Part shown: one piece after another, positions 1-9,518 of the stretch | Layout of the letters: every line of letters begins with the position of its first letter | How positions within the stretch are numbered: position 1 is the stretch's first letter | Assembly: GCA_965205975.1 (NCBI GenBank) | Contig: OZ242195.1 | Coordinates: forward strand, 1,504,001 to 1,568,000 | Source of the DNA: Candidatus Latescibacterota bacterium | GTDB taxonomy: Bacteria > Latescibacterota > UBA2968 | DNA: 64,000 nucleotides | Direction of reading: 5' to 3' | Program-made: the position numbers and the translations under genes | Notes under the pieces: generated by a model | Seen by the model: the letters and a program-made list of their open reading frames with translations, nothing else | What the model was told of the DNA's origin: nothing | Databases searched by the model: none

Positions 1-12
1 TAAGACTTTCAC

Positions 13-41
13 AACATAAGCAAACCCACCTATCAAGTCAA
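13..41 (-). promoter_or_regulatory. Putative leftward sigma70 promoter
   Basis: Minus strand reads TTGACT-N17-TATGTT and points out of the window. Confidence 0.4.
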
Positions 42-103
42 GAATGACGCATGCACAAATAGGGGGATTTTCCGGTAGATTTTCAGGGCATATTAGTATT
101 ATT

Positions 104-751
104 TTGCCTTCAGGTATTGCTTTTATCCTCGTGGATGATCGTGGTGAAAACAGCATTGCGGTCGCTTCAGGCGCAAATGCAGCCCTGTCACCCGATCAAA
201 TCCATGATCAGGTCTATGAAGACGCAGAAATATGCTTGCTTCAACTCGAAACCCCGCTTGAAACCGTCGTCCATGCCGCATCTTTATCGACAAAAAACGA
301 GACCCGTGTCGTACTCAATCCAGCGCCAGCAGCAGACCTGCCAGAAGAAATCTGGCCTCACCTGTTTCTCATTACCCCCAATCAAACCGAAACCGAACAC
401 CTCACGGGAATCCCTCCCAACAGCCCCAAAAATATCGCAAAGGCAGCCGACAAACTCCTCCAAAAAGGCGCTCAAAATGTCATCATCACCCTGGGAGCAC
501 AGGGCGCGTTTTTGGCGACACCAGATCAAACTTTACACATACCGGCTTTTAAAGCTACACCAATAGATACCACAGGTGCCGGTGATGCCTTCAATGGCGC
601 GCTATCCTGCGCCTTAAGCGAAAACCAATCCCTTGAAACCGCCATTCGCTTTGCGTGCGCCGCAGGCGCTCTAACCGTTGGCAAAGCAGGTGCCCAACCC
701 GCGATTCCCACCAGAGATCAAATCGACGCGCTATTGGCGAATCTCCCTTGA
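104..751 (+). pseudogene. rbsK: Ribokinase (PfkB family), 5'-truncated
   Basis: Contains VDDRGENSIAVASGAN, VLNPAPA, PNQTE and the DTTGAGDAF signature. The N-terminal GSxNxD and GGKGANQA motifs are absent and homology starts at about nt 104. The ORF-track start at 44 adds unrelated residues. Confidence 0.75.
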
Positions 752-776
752 CGACAGCCCCGGCTTGTCCTATATT
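748..776 (+). promoter_or_regulatory. Putative sigma70 promoter
   Basis: TTGACG-N17-TATATT upstream of the 844 ORF. Confidence 0.55.
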
Positions 777-843
777 CCTATTCCCTTTCCCAGACTCCCC
801 TCCCCCTCTCCCTGATGCCATCCCGTATCAGAAAGGAAATCTA

Positions 844-1020
844 ATGGGTTTGAGGAAAGCGAATGCGATCAGGCTCGATTTCGATGACCTCGTCAAAGAA
901 CTCGACGATTTCGAGCAAGACATTAGAACCCTTCAGGACCGTATAGACCAACTCATCACCAACGCGCGACAAAAACCAGTCAAAGCCGTTACGAGCGAAG
1001 GCGATATGGGCACGACCTGA
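844..1020 (+). CDS. Small 58-aa coiled-coil hypothetical protein
   Basis: RBS AAAGGA before ATG 844, heptad-like LDDFEQDIRTLQDRIDQL, with a promoter upstream and a terminator downstream. Confidence 0.65.
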   Translation: MGLRKANAIRLDFDDLVKELDDFEQDIRTLQDRIDQLITNARQKPVKAVTSEGDMGTT

Positions 1021-1031
1021 ACACACTAATA

Positions 1032-1066
1032 AACAGGCGGGAAAATTCCCCGCCTGTTATTTTTTT
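1032..1066 (+). terminator. Rho-independent terminator
   Basis: Stem AACAGGCGGG/CCCGCCTGTT followed by a T-tract. Confidence 0.8.
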
Positions 1067-1070
1067 CGCA

Positions 1071-1265
1071 ATGTTCTACACTACCATATTTGCCATCGTC
1101 CTCATCATTGTCATACTGGCAAAATATCTCTACAAACCCGTTGAACGCTGTCCCGAATGCAACGCTCCACGCGAGTCTGATCATCCGATATGCCCGTGTG
1201 GCTATGTTTTTGAATTTCCCGACGATGACGATCCCCTCGAATACGGTGACCCCGAAGATCAGTAA
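1071..1265 (+). CDS. Small membrane-anchored Zn-ribbon protein (64 aa)
   Basis: N-terminal hydrophobic helix, CPEC...CPCG motif and an acidic tail. Ends 9 nt before purB. Confidence 0.65.
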   Translation: MFYTTIFAIVLIIVILAKYLYKPVERCPECNAPRESDHPICPCGYVFEFPDDDDPLEYGDPEDQ

Positions 1266-1274
1266 AGGATCCCC

Positions 1275-2633
1275 ATGACCCTCACCGCACTTTCTCCCCT
1301 CGACAATCGCTACACGAGCCGCTTGACGGATCTCATCCCCTGTCTCTCGCATTTTGCACTAATAGCCTATCGCGTACAGATCGAAATTGAGTGGTTGCGC
1401 TTTCAATCAGAGCACCCCGAACTCACACACGTCCGCGCATTTACCGATGCTGAACATCAGATGTTAAAATCGTGGATAGACACTTTCGATGAACAGCAAG
1501 CTCAGCGCGTTGTCGCAATCGAAAGAGTCACCAATCACGATGTCAAATCTGTCGAATACTACGTCAGAGAACGCCTTGAAGAAACATCGCTTGCCGACAT
1601 ATGCGAAGCCGTGCATTTTTGCTGCACTTCTGAAGATATCAACAATCTCTCTCATGCGCTCATGCTCAAATCCGCTGTCAAAGATGTCTTTCTTCCACTG
1701 GCACAGCAAGTTATACAAATCACTTCAAAGCTCGCACAAGACACCAAAAACCTCCCTATACTCGCGCGCACGCACGGCCAACCCGCCACCCCGACCACAA
1801 TGGGCAAAGAACTCGCAGTATTTGTCTATCGCTGGCAGCGGCAAATCAAACAGGCGACAAAACTCGAATACCTCGGCAAATTCAACGGCGCCACAGGCAA
1901 TTACAACGCGCATGTCGCGGCCTATCCCAATGTGTGCTGGCATGACCTCGCCCGCGATTTCGTCCAGCGTCTCGGCCTCACATTCAATCCACTCACTACG
2001 CAGATTGAATCGCACGATTATATGGCTGAAATTTTTCACATGATCATCCGCTTCAACACCATCTCGCTCGACTTTGCCCGCGACATGTGGACCTATATAT
2101 CCCTATCCTATTTTCGCCAGAAAACAGTCGCGACAGAGGTCGGATCCTCGACCATGCCCCACAAAGTCAATCCCATCGACTTTGAAAATGCCGAAGCCAA
2201 TCTGGGCATCAGCACGGCCCTGCTCGAACACCTATCGACCAAATTACCCGTCTCACGCCTTCAGCGCGACCTGTCCGACTCCTCAGCCAGTCGCAATATT
2301 GGTCCGGCCATCGGCCATGCGTGTCTCGCCCTGAAATCCCTGCTGAATGGCATGGGCAAGGTCGCCATCGATAAACAGGCCATTGCCAGTGATCTCGAAA
2401 ACGCCTGGGAAATCCTCGGCGAAGCCGTGCAAACCGTCATGCGAAAAAACGGATATGAAAACGCCTACGAGCTTATGAAAGACCTCACCCGGGGCACAGA
2501 CATTACAAAGGACGATCTCAACAACTTTCTCAACTCCCTCGATCTCCCCCACGCAGACCTCAAAAATCTGAAAAAACTAACGCCTGAATCCTATATAGGG
2601 CTTGCCCCACAGCTTGTGGATGATATCTTGTAA
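1275..2633 (+). CDS. purB: Adenylosuccinate lyase
   Basis: ALSPLD.RY, TNHDVK, TSEDINN, RTHGQPA and the GSSTMPHKVNPIDFEN signature. Confidence 0.97.
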   Translation: MTLTALSPLDNRYTSRLTDLIPCLSHFALIAYRVQIEIEWLRFQSEHPELTHVRAFTDAEHQMLKSWIDTFDEQQAQRVVAIERVTNHDVKSVEYYVRERLEETSLADICEAVHFCCTSEDINNLSHALMLKSAVKDVFLPLAQQVIQITSKLAQDTKNLPILARTHGQPATPTTMGKELAVFVYRWQRQIKQATKLEYLGKFNGATGNYNAHVAAYPNVCWHDLARDFVQRLGLTFNPLTTQIESHDYMAEIFHMIIRFNTISLDFARDMWTYISLSYFRQKTVATEVGSSTMPHKVNPIDFENAEANLGISTALLEHLSTKLPVSRLQRDLSDSSASRNIGPAIGHACLALKSLLNGMGKVAIDKQAIASDLENAWEILGEAVQTVMRKNGYENAYELMKDLTRGTDITKDDLNNFLNSLDLPHADLKNLKKLTPESYIGLAPQLVDDIL

Positions 2634-2639
2634 AGACGA

Positions 2640-2658
2640 GGGGCTAGAGACAAGCCCC
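2640..2658. repeat. REP-like palindrome
   Basis: GGGGCT-AGAGACA-AGCCCC hairpin between purB and rmlC. Confidence 0.45.
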
Positions 2659-2693
2659 AGTGTTCATCGCAGTCATCCTCTCATCCTGATCCT

Positions 2694-3248
2694 ATGCCCT
2701 TTGAATTTAAAAACCTCGATATACCCGGCGTCATCCTCGTTCACGCAAAGCGATTTTCCGATGATCGCGGTTTTTTTGTCGAAACGTACAAACGAGACGA
2801 TTTCGAAGCCAATGGCATCTTAGAAACGTTCGTTCAGGATAACCACTCTCGCTCTACCTGCGGCGTACTGCGCGGATTGCACTACCAAAAATCCCCTCGC
2901 GCACAGGGCAAACTCATCCAGGTGCTCAAAGGCGAAATATACGATGTTGCCGTCGATATTCGTCGGGGATCCCCCACTTATGGTCAGTGGACCGGTATTC
3001 ATCTTTCCGAAGCGCGATCCGAACTCCTGTATGTCCCCCCCGGCTTTGCACACGGATTCTGCGTTCTCACAGAGGTGGCAGACTTCACATACAAATGTAC
3101 GGATGTTTACGCACCAGAGACCTATCGCGGTATTGCCTGGAATGATCCCGACTTAGACATTTCCTGGCCCATAAAAAATCCGATCCTTTCCAAGCGCGAT
3201 CAAAATCTCCCCCCGCTCAAAGAAGCAGACAACAATTTCATTTACTGA
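2694..3248 (+). CDS. rmlC: dTDP-4-dehydrorhamnose 3,5-epimerase
   Basis: DDRGFFVE, QDNHSRS, VLRGLHYQ, DVAVDIRRGSPT and GFAHGF motifs. Confidence 0.96.
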   Translation: MPFEFKNLDIPGVILVHAKRFSDDRGFFVETYKRDDFEANGILETFVQDNHSRSTCGVLRGLHYQKSPRAQGKLIQVLKGEIYDVAVDIRRGSPTYGQWTGIHLSEARSELLYVPPGFAHGFCVLTEVADFTYKCTDVYAPETYRGIAWNDPDLDISWPIKNPILSKRDQNLPPLKEADNNFIY

Positions 3249-3255
3249 GGACTCC

Positions 3256-6200
3256 ATGAGCTTGAAGCATTTCTTTCGCACATCCCCCTCGCAGCAACAC
3301 ACCCTGCTCCATTTATCACAGCAACACGTCTCTGCACACATTCAAAATATCGAAATTGAATACTGTTTTAATGTACAAACAGACAGTCCGCTTTCTGCCG
3401 ACCAGCAAAACCGGCTCACCTATCTTCTATCCGAAACCTTTGAAGCAGATCGATTTGCAGAGCAATCCTTTCTTACCGGACCTGGCACGATCCTCGAAGT
3501 GGGACCGCGCATGAATTTTTCCACAGCATGGTCCACAAATGCCACGGCAATATGCCACGCCTGCGGCCTCACGCAAATTTCGCGCATCGAACGGTCGCGA
3601 CGTTACCTCATTGAGCCATCCCTGAGCCTGGATCAGCAAAATATCTTTTTGTCCCTCGTTCACGACCGCATGACCGAATGCCTGTATCCCTACCCCCTCA
3701 CCTCCTTTGACTCCGACGCAAAACCAGAACTCGTATCCGAGATTCCCCTCATAGAAGAAGGCCGCCGCGCCCTTGAAAAAATCAATCGCACCCTGGGCCT
3801 GGCATTCGATGAATGGGACCTCAATTATTACACAGACCTCTTCCTCGACCAGATCGGCCGTAACCCCACCAATGTCGAATGCTTTGACATTGCCCAATCC
3901 AACAGCGAACATTGCAGACACTGGTTTTTTAAAGGCCGCCTTATCATTGACGGCGAAGAGATGCCCGACCACCTCATCGCCATGATCCAATCGACACTCA
4001 AAGCCAGCCCCAACAACAGCACGATCGCCTTCAAAGACAATTCCAGTGCCATCCAGGGGTATCCGATACGCACTATTGTACCTACCACTATCGGTAGTCC
4101 CTCTCCATTTGCATTCTCAGACCGCACCTGCGACATCATCTTCACCGCGGAAACTCACAACTTCCCATCGGGGGTTGCTCCTTTTCCCGGTGCAGAAACA
4201 GGCACGGGCGGTCGCATCCGAGACGTGCAGGCCACGGGTCGCGGCGCACTCGTCATAGCGGGTACAGCGGCGTATTGTGTGGGCAATTTGTATATTCCCG
4301 GATATGACCTGCCCTGGGAAAATCCCGATTTTCAATATCCCGATAACCTCGCCACACCCTTGCAAATCGCAATTGAAGCCAGCAATGGGGCTTCGGATTA
4401 CGGCAACAAATTCGGTGAACCCCTCATACAGGGCTACACGCGATCCTATGGTATGCGCCTGCCCAATGGAGAACGCAGAGAATGGATTAAACCCATTATG
4501 TTTAGTGGCGGAATCGGTCAAATGGACGCGCGTCATACAAATAAAGAGAAGCCCGAACCCCAAATGCTTGTCACCAAAATTGGCGGGCCAGCCTATCGCA
4601 TTGGCATGGGGGGGGGCGCTGCTTCGAGCATGGTACAGGGCGAAAACGAAGCCGAACTCGACTTCAACGCCGTGCAGCGCGGCGACGCAGAAATGGAACA
4701 AAAACTCAATCGCGTGATCCGCGCCTGTGTCGAACTCGGCGATCAAAACCCCATTGTCAGCATCCACGATCAGGGCGCGGGTGGCAACTGTAATGTCCTC
4801 AAAGAAATCGTTGAGCCTGCAGGTGCCCGCATCGATATTCGCGCCGTGCCTGTTGGAGATGAAACCCTATCTGTGCTCGAAATCTGGGGTGCCGAATATC
4901 AGGAAAACAATGCCCTGCTCATCCGTCCCGAACACGCCCATCTCTTCGACGCCCTCTGCAAACGCGAAAAGGTCATTTACGCTTTTGTCGGCGAAGTAAC
5001 CGGCGATGGGAGGGTGGTAGTCTTCGACAGCAAAGACAACACCACGCCCGTTGATCTCGACCTGGAAAAAGTCCTTGGCGATATGCCGCAAAAGCCCTTC
5101 AAACTCGACCGCTTTCCCACCCGCACAGAACCGCTCATCCTCCCCGAGAATCTGACCGTTGAAAAAGCACTCAACCGCGTGCTTCGCCTCGTCTCCGTAG
5201 GTTCCAAACGATTTCTCACCAACAAAGTTGACCGCTGTGTAACCGGGCTTGTTGCGCAACAGCAATGCGTGGGACCACTCCAGCTAACCGCAGCAGACGT
5301 CGCTGTCATTGCACAAAGTCATTTTGGCACGACTGGTGCCGCCACCGCCATTGGCGAACAACCCATCAAAGGTCTCATCGATCCTGCGGCGATGGGACGC
5401 CTGTGTGTGGGCGAAATGCTCACCAATATCGCCTGGGCGCGGCTGAGTGCTATAGAAGACATCAAGTGTTCTGGCAACTGGATGTGGGCGGCCAAATTGC
5501 CCGGAGAAGGCGCGGCACTTTACGATGCGGCCCGCGCCCTTACGGATATTCTGCTCGAATTGGGCATTGCTATAGATGGCGGCAAAGACAGCCTCTCAAT
5601 GGCTGCGATCGCACCGGGAGAGGATGGCGAAGAAACTGTCAAAACACCCGGCACACTCGTCATATCGGGCTATGTCACCAGTCCCGACATTACGCAGACC
5701 GTCACACCCGACTTAAAACATCCCGATGAGGGCATCATACTTTACGTCGATCTCGGCGCGGACAAACATCGCCTCGGCGGGTCTTCTCTCGCCCATGTGT
5801 ACGAGCAACTCGGCAACGAGTCGCCAGATGTCGATGATCCCGCCCTGCTCAAACGCGCGATTGAAGCACTCCAATCCTGCATCGCAAAAAATTACATTAC
5901 CTCGGGACACGACCGCAGCGATGGCGGTCTCATCACCGCGCTTTTGGAAATGGCTTTTGCCGGCAACTGCGGTATTCAGATCAATCTTCAAACCCGCGCC
6001 AATGCGATTTCCTCGCTCTTTTCCGAAGAACTCGGCCTCGTCTTTGAAGTGCATCCCAAAAATCTGATGATCGTGCGAGAAATTTTTAAAAAATCTGCCG
6101 TGCCTATTCAAGCTATAGGAAAAGCGACCGCCAGTCCCGACATCCAAATTTCTGTCAACAATCAGTGCGTTCTCAAAAGACCCATGCCCGAATTGCGAGA

Positions 6201-7161
6201 CTTATGGGAAGCTACGAGTTTCCAACTCGAACGCCAGCAAACCAATCCATCCTGCGTCTCGCAAGAAGAGGCTACCCTGCACGCGCGTACAGGTCCCAAC
6301 TTTACCGTACCCTTCGAGCCAATGCCCACGCCCCCCGCCATTCTCAATGCCAGTCGCAAGCCCACGGTCGCCATCGTGCGCGAAGAGGGCAGCAATGGAG
6401 ATCGCGAAATGACCTCTGCATTTTTCGCAGCGGGCTTTGAACCCTGGGATGTGACCACCAGCGATCTCTTATCTGGTACCATCGCACTCGGCGAACAATT
6501 CAGAGGCGTTGTATTTGTCGGTGGATTCAGCTATGCCGATGTGCTCGACTCGGCCAAAGGCTGGGCTGGCGTGATTCGCTTCAACGATGGCCTTCGCGCC
6601 CAGTTCGATGCCTTCTACAACCGTCCGGATACTTTCAGCCTCGGCGTGTGCAATGGCTGCCAACTCATGGCCTTGCTCGGCTGGGTTCCGTTCCCCGGCC
6701 TTGCCAATGCGGCACAACCCCGATTTATTCGAAACGAATCCGCGCGTTTTGAATCCCGCTTTTCCACCGTGCAAATTCAGGACAGTCCAGCAATTATGTT
6801 CAAAAACATGGCCGGCGCATCCCTCGGTGTGTGGGTCGCACACGGCGAAGGCCGCGCATTTTTTCCCCGCGCAGACGTACTCGACCGCGTCATAGGCGAA
6901 AACCTCTCCCCCGTGCGCTACGTCGATGACAACAATACCGCAACCGAAGCCTATCCCTTTAACCCAAATGGTTCCCCGCACGGCATTGCCGGTCTTTGCT
7001 CCCCCGATGGACGCCACCTCGCCATGATGCCCCACCCCGAACGCACCTTTCTCAAGTGGCAATGGGGGTATATGCCAGCGAACTGGAAACGCGACCTTCA
7101 AGCCTCTCCGTGGCTTCAAATATTCCAGAACGCCCGCGAGTGGTGTGAGGGTAAAACGTAA
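3256..7161 (+). CDS. purL: Phosphoribosylformylglycinamidine synthase, large fused type (1301 aa)
   Basis: QSNSEHCRH, ETHNFP, GTGGRIRD, and a glutaminase domain with GVCNGCQ and MMPHPER. Confidence 0.97.
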   Translation: MSLKHFFRTSPSQQHTLLHLSQQHVSAHIQNIEIEYCFNVQTDSPLSADQQNRLTYLLSETFEADRFAEQSFLTGPGTILEVGPRMNFSTAWSTNATAICHACGLTQISRIERSRRYLIEPSLSLDQQNIFLSLVHDRMTECLYPYPLTSFDSDAKPELVSEIPLIEEGRRALEKINRTLGLAFDEWDLNYYTDLFLDQIGRNPTNVECFDIAQSNSEHCRHWFFKGRLIIDGEEMPDHLIAMIQSTLKASPNNSTIAFKDNSSAIQGYPIRTIVPTTIGSPSPFAFSDRTCDIIFTAETHNFPSGVAPFPGAETGTGGRIRDVQATGRGALVIAGTAAYCVGNLYIPGYDLPWENPDFQYPDNLATPLQIAIEASNGASDYGNKFGEPLIQGYTRSYGMRLPNGERREWIKPIMFSGGIGQMDARHTNKEKPEPQMLVTKIGGPAYRIGMGGGAASSMVQGENEAELDFNAVQRGDAEMEQKLNRVIRACVELGDQNPIVSIHDQGAGGNCNVLKEIVEPAGARIDIRAVPVGDETLSVLEIWGAEYQENNALLIRPEHAHLFDALCKREKVIYAFVGEVTGDGRVVVFDSKDNTTPVDLDLEKVLGDMPQKPFKLDRFPTRTEPLILPENLTVEKALNRVLRLVSVGSKRFLTNKVDRCVTGLVAQQQCVGPLQLTAADVAVIAQSHFGTTGAATAIGEQPIKGLIDPAAMGRLCVGEMLTNIAWARLSAIEDIKCSGNWMWAAKLPGEGAALYDAARALTDILLELGIAIDGGKDSLSMAAIAPGEDGEETVKTPGTLVISGYVTSPDITQTVTPDLKHPDEGIILYVDLGADKHRLGGSSLAHVYEQLGNESPDVDDPALLKRAIEALQSCIAKNYITSGHDRSDGGLITALLEMAFAGNCGIQINLQTRANAISSLFSEELGLVFEVHPKNLMIVREIFKKSAVPIQAIGKATASPDIQISVNNQCVLKRPMPELRDLWEATSFQLERQQTNPSCVSQEEATLHARTGPNFTVPFEPMPTPPAILNASRKPTVAIVREEGSNGDREMTSAFFAAGFEPWDVTTSDLLSGTIALGEQFRGVVFVGGFSYADVLDSAKGWAGVIRFNDGLRAQFDAFYNRPDTFSLGVCNGCQLMALLGWVPFPGLANAAQPRFIRNESARFESRFSTVQIQDSPAIMFKNMAGASLGVWVAHGEGRAFFPRADVLDRVIGENLSPVRYVDDNNTATEAYPFNPNGSPHGIAGLCSPDGRHLAMMPHPERTFLKWQWGYMPANWKRDLQASPWLQIFQNAREWCEGKT

Positions 7162-7173
7162 AAGGATACACCT

Positions 7174-9495
7174 ATGGACCTCTCCAAATTTCAAGATGAT
7201 ACCATTCTCGCCGAATGGATGCTCTCAGAAGCTGAACAGGGGGAACACGCCGACCTCCCCATGAAAATTGGCGATTGGAACTGCGCCAACGAGATTCGCG
7301 CTGAAATTTTCCTTCCGGACAATGTCGATGACCAGATCTACTGCACCCTCACCTCGGGGCACCGAACCGAAGGCATGAGCGAAGACGATGGCTATCGATT
7401 CAACGCCATCGCCTCCCCGCGCGGAGGCAATATCTGGCAGGGTTGGCGAGAATTTCGCTTTCCCGCCGAATGTTTTTACACTTTGGGCATTCCCTCTGGA
7501 TGGGGTCAGATGGTCTCGGGCACCATCCGCCTACCATCGGGCAGTCGCATCCGAAATATCCGCCTGCTCCAGCGCGAAGTCGCGCGCGGACCTCGCATGA
7601 CCGACAAAGCTCTGATCAACGCTCTGGACCTGAACCATCCCGGCCTTGAAGCCGCAGCGCAAGCCGATACAATCCAGACCCAACTTGCAGAAATTGCAGC
7701 CTGCTTCCGGCGCAGCACCTTCAATAGACGCCACGTTATACCCGATCCCGCTCCCAAAGCCAATATAGAAGAAGCCAACCGGATTCTCGCCGGGCACATC
7801 ATGGACCATTACTGGCCCGACGGTGTTGATTGGGACGCCAATCCGTATGGATACATCGAATGGTCCATCCGCATCCACGGCTTTCCCTATTTCACCCCGC
7901 TCGAACTCGCCTGGGAAGAAACCCGCGACCCGAAATACGCAAAAGCCATCGAAAATATCTTGCGCGACTGGATGCAAAAAACCCCCATGCCCTACGACGT
8001 GCGCGCCGGTGGCCTTGCATGGGGGCATTCTCTAATCGTGAGCATGCGGGCATTCTCCACACTCGTCGATATCTTCACCGTACTCTGCGATTGCGCAGAG
8101 ATCGAAGACCAGACCATCATAGATCTGCTCAAATCAATCTACGAACACGAAGCCTACCTCTTAAAATTCGAATCCTTCCCACCCTCCAACAAAACCATCT
8201 CCGAAGGCCGCTCCATGCTTGCGACTGCCTGCTCATTCCCCGAATTTCGGGAATCGGAAGAATGGTATCATGCAGCCAGCCAGCAACTCCTGAACGACAT
8301 GAACATTCAGGTCATGCGCGATGGTGCTTCTTACGAACTCACCCCAGGCTACCAGATAGCTATCGCGGCCTGGTTCCTGGAAGTTTTTGAAGTCGCCCGT
8401 AAATTTGGCCGATCTCTGGATCCGGAAATAGAAGCAGGCATAAGGCGAATGTACGACTGGAGTGCCTCCGTCAACCGTCCCGATTTCTCCTGTCCCTCTG
8501 TTTCTGACGCCGGCAGCCTGGATGGAAAATTCGCGCGTTCGCTTATCAAACCTGGACGGGTACTCGATAATTCGAGCGCCTTATGGGTCGGCACAGAAGG
8601 AGAAGAAGGGCATCCTCCTGACTATACCTCCATCGCCCACCGCGATTCGGGCTATTTTGTCATGCGAAGCGGATGGGACCGCGATGCTCGATACTGTCTC
8701 TTTGAAGGCGGTCCCTACGGTCGCTTCCACCAGCACGAAGACATGCTTTCCTTCGACCTCTACGCACATGGCCTGCCTTTTCTTGTGGATCCCGGAATCA
8801 CTTCCTACTTCCCCAATGAATGGACATCCTTCTACCGCACCACTGAAGCGCACAATACCGTTCTCGTAGATGGTTGCGGGCAGAACCGCCGCGAACAGAC
8901 CATCGACGAATGGATCGAATCTGCCCGCGACAAAACCGTCTGGCGAAGTGATCATCGAGCCGATGTCGCCATTGCCACTTATGATGCGGGTTATGTCGGG
9001 CTGGACGCAGATATTGCCCACCGCCGCACCGTCATGTTCGTCAAACCCAACTATTTTCTCATATTCGACGAACTCATTGGCGAGGGACAACACACCTATG
9101 AAGCGCTCTTTCACTTCATGCCCTATCGCGTCCTGATTGATCCCGATACCAGAGCCGTGCGTACCGGGCGCATGACCCCGCCCAATCTCGAAATCCTCCC
9201 CCTCGTCAACATGACGCCCCGGCTTATCTGCGGACAAAATGATCCCGTACAGGGCTGGCTCGCCATCAGCGGTCAGGATGTGCCCGCACCGGTCGCCATT
9301 TACAAGAAACGCGCGACACTGCCCTTCCGAACCGGCTATGTCCTCGTCCCCTTCACAGACGGCACCACCGCTGGCATCACTTCCAGAATCACCCGCCGTG
9401 GCGATACCTGGAACGTGTACATCACCCATCCAGATGGCCGTGTGGATCGCATTAAAATGGACTGGTGTGATAAACAGGGACCAGTGCTTACCTAA
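7174..9495 (+). CDS. Heparinase II/III-family polysaccharide lyase
   Basis: QVMRDG.SYE.TPGY, SGYFVMRSGW, HQHEDMLSF, DPG and AHNTVLVDG motifs. Confidence 0.85.
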   Translation: MDLSKFQDDTILAEWMLSEAEQGEHADLPMKIGDWNCANEIRAEIFLPDNVDDQIYCTLTSGHRTEGMSEDDGYRFNAIASPRGGNIWQGWREFRFPAECFYTLGIPSGWGQMVSGTIRLPSGSRIRNIRLLQREVARGPRMTDKALINALDLNHPGLEAAAQADTIQTQLAEIAACFRRSTFNRRHVIPDPAPKANIEEANRILAGHIMDHYWPDGVDWDANPYGYIEWSIRIHGFPYFTPLELAWEETRDPKYAKAIENILRDWMQKTPMPYDVRAGGLAWGHSLIVSMRAFSTLVDIFTVLCDCAEIEDQTIIDLLKSIYEHEAYLLKFESFPPSNKTISEGRSMLATACSFPEFRESEEWYHAASQQLLNDMNIQVMRDGASYELTPGYQIAIAAWFLEVFEVARKFGRSLDPEIEAGIRRMYDWSASVNRPDFSCPSVSDAGSLDGKFARSLIKPGRVLDNSSALWVGTEGEEGHPPDYTSIAHRDSGYFVMRSGWDRDARYCLFEGGPYGRFHQHEDMLSFDLYAHGLPFLVDPGITSYFPNEWTSFYRTTEAHNTVLVDGCGQNRREQTIDEWIESARDKTVWRSDHRADVAIATYDAGYVGLDADIAHRRTVMFVKPNYFLIFDELIGEGQHTYEALFHFMPYRVLIDPDTRAVRTGRMTPPNLEILPLVNMTPRLICGQNDPVQGWLAISGQDVPAPVAIYKKRATLPFRTGYVLVPFTDGTTAGITSRITRRGDTWNVYITHPDGRVDRIKMDWCDKQGPVLT

Positions 9496-9518
9496 TCTCT
9501 CCACTGCAGGAGGTTTTC

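Noticed and set aside
8581..9504. Long antisense ORFs (also 45480-46355, 53084-53803, 62949-63785, 6469-7194)
   Set aside because: They shadow well-supported genes on the opposite strand and show no recognisable motifs or RBS.
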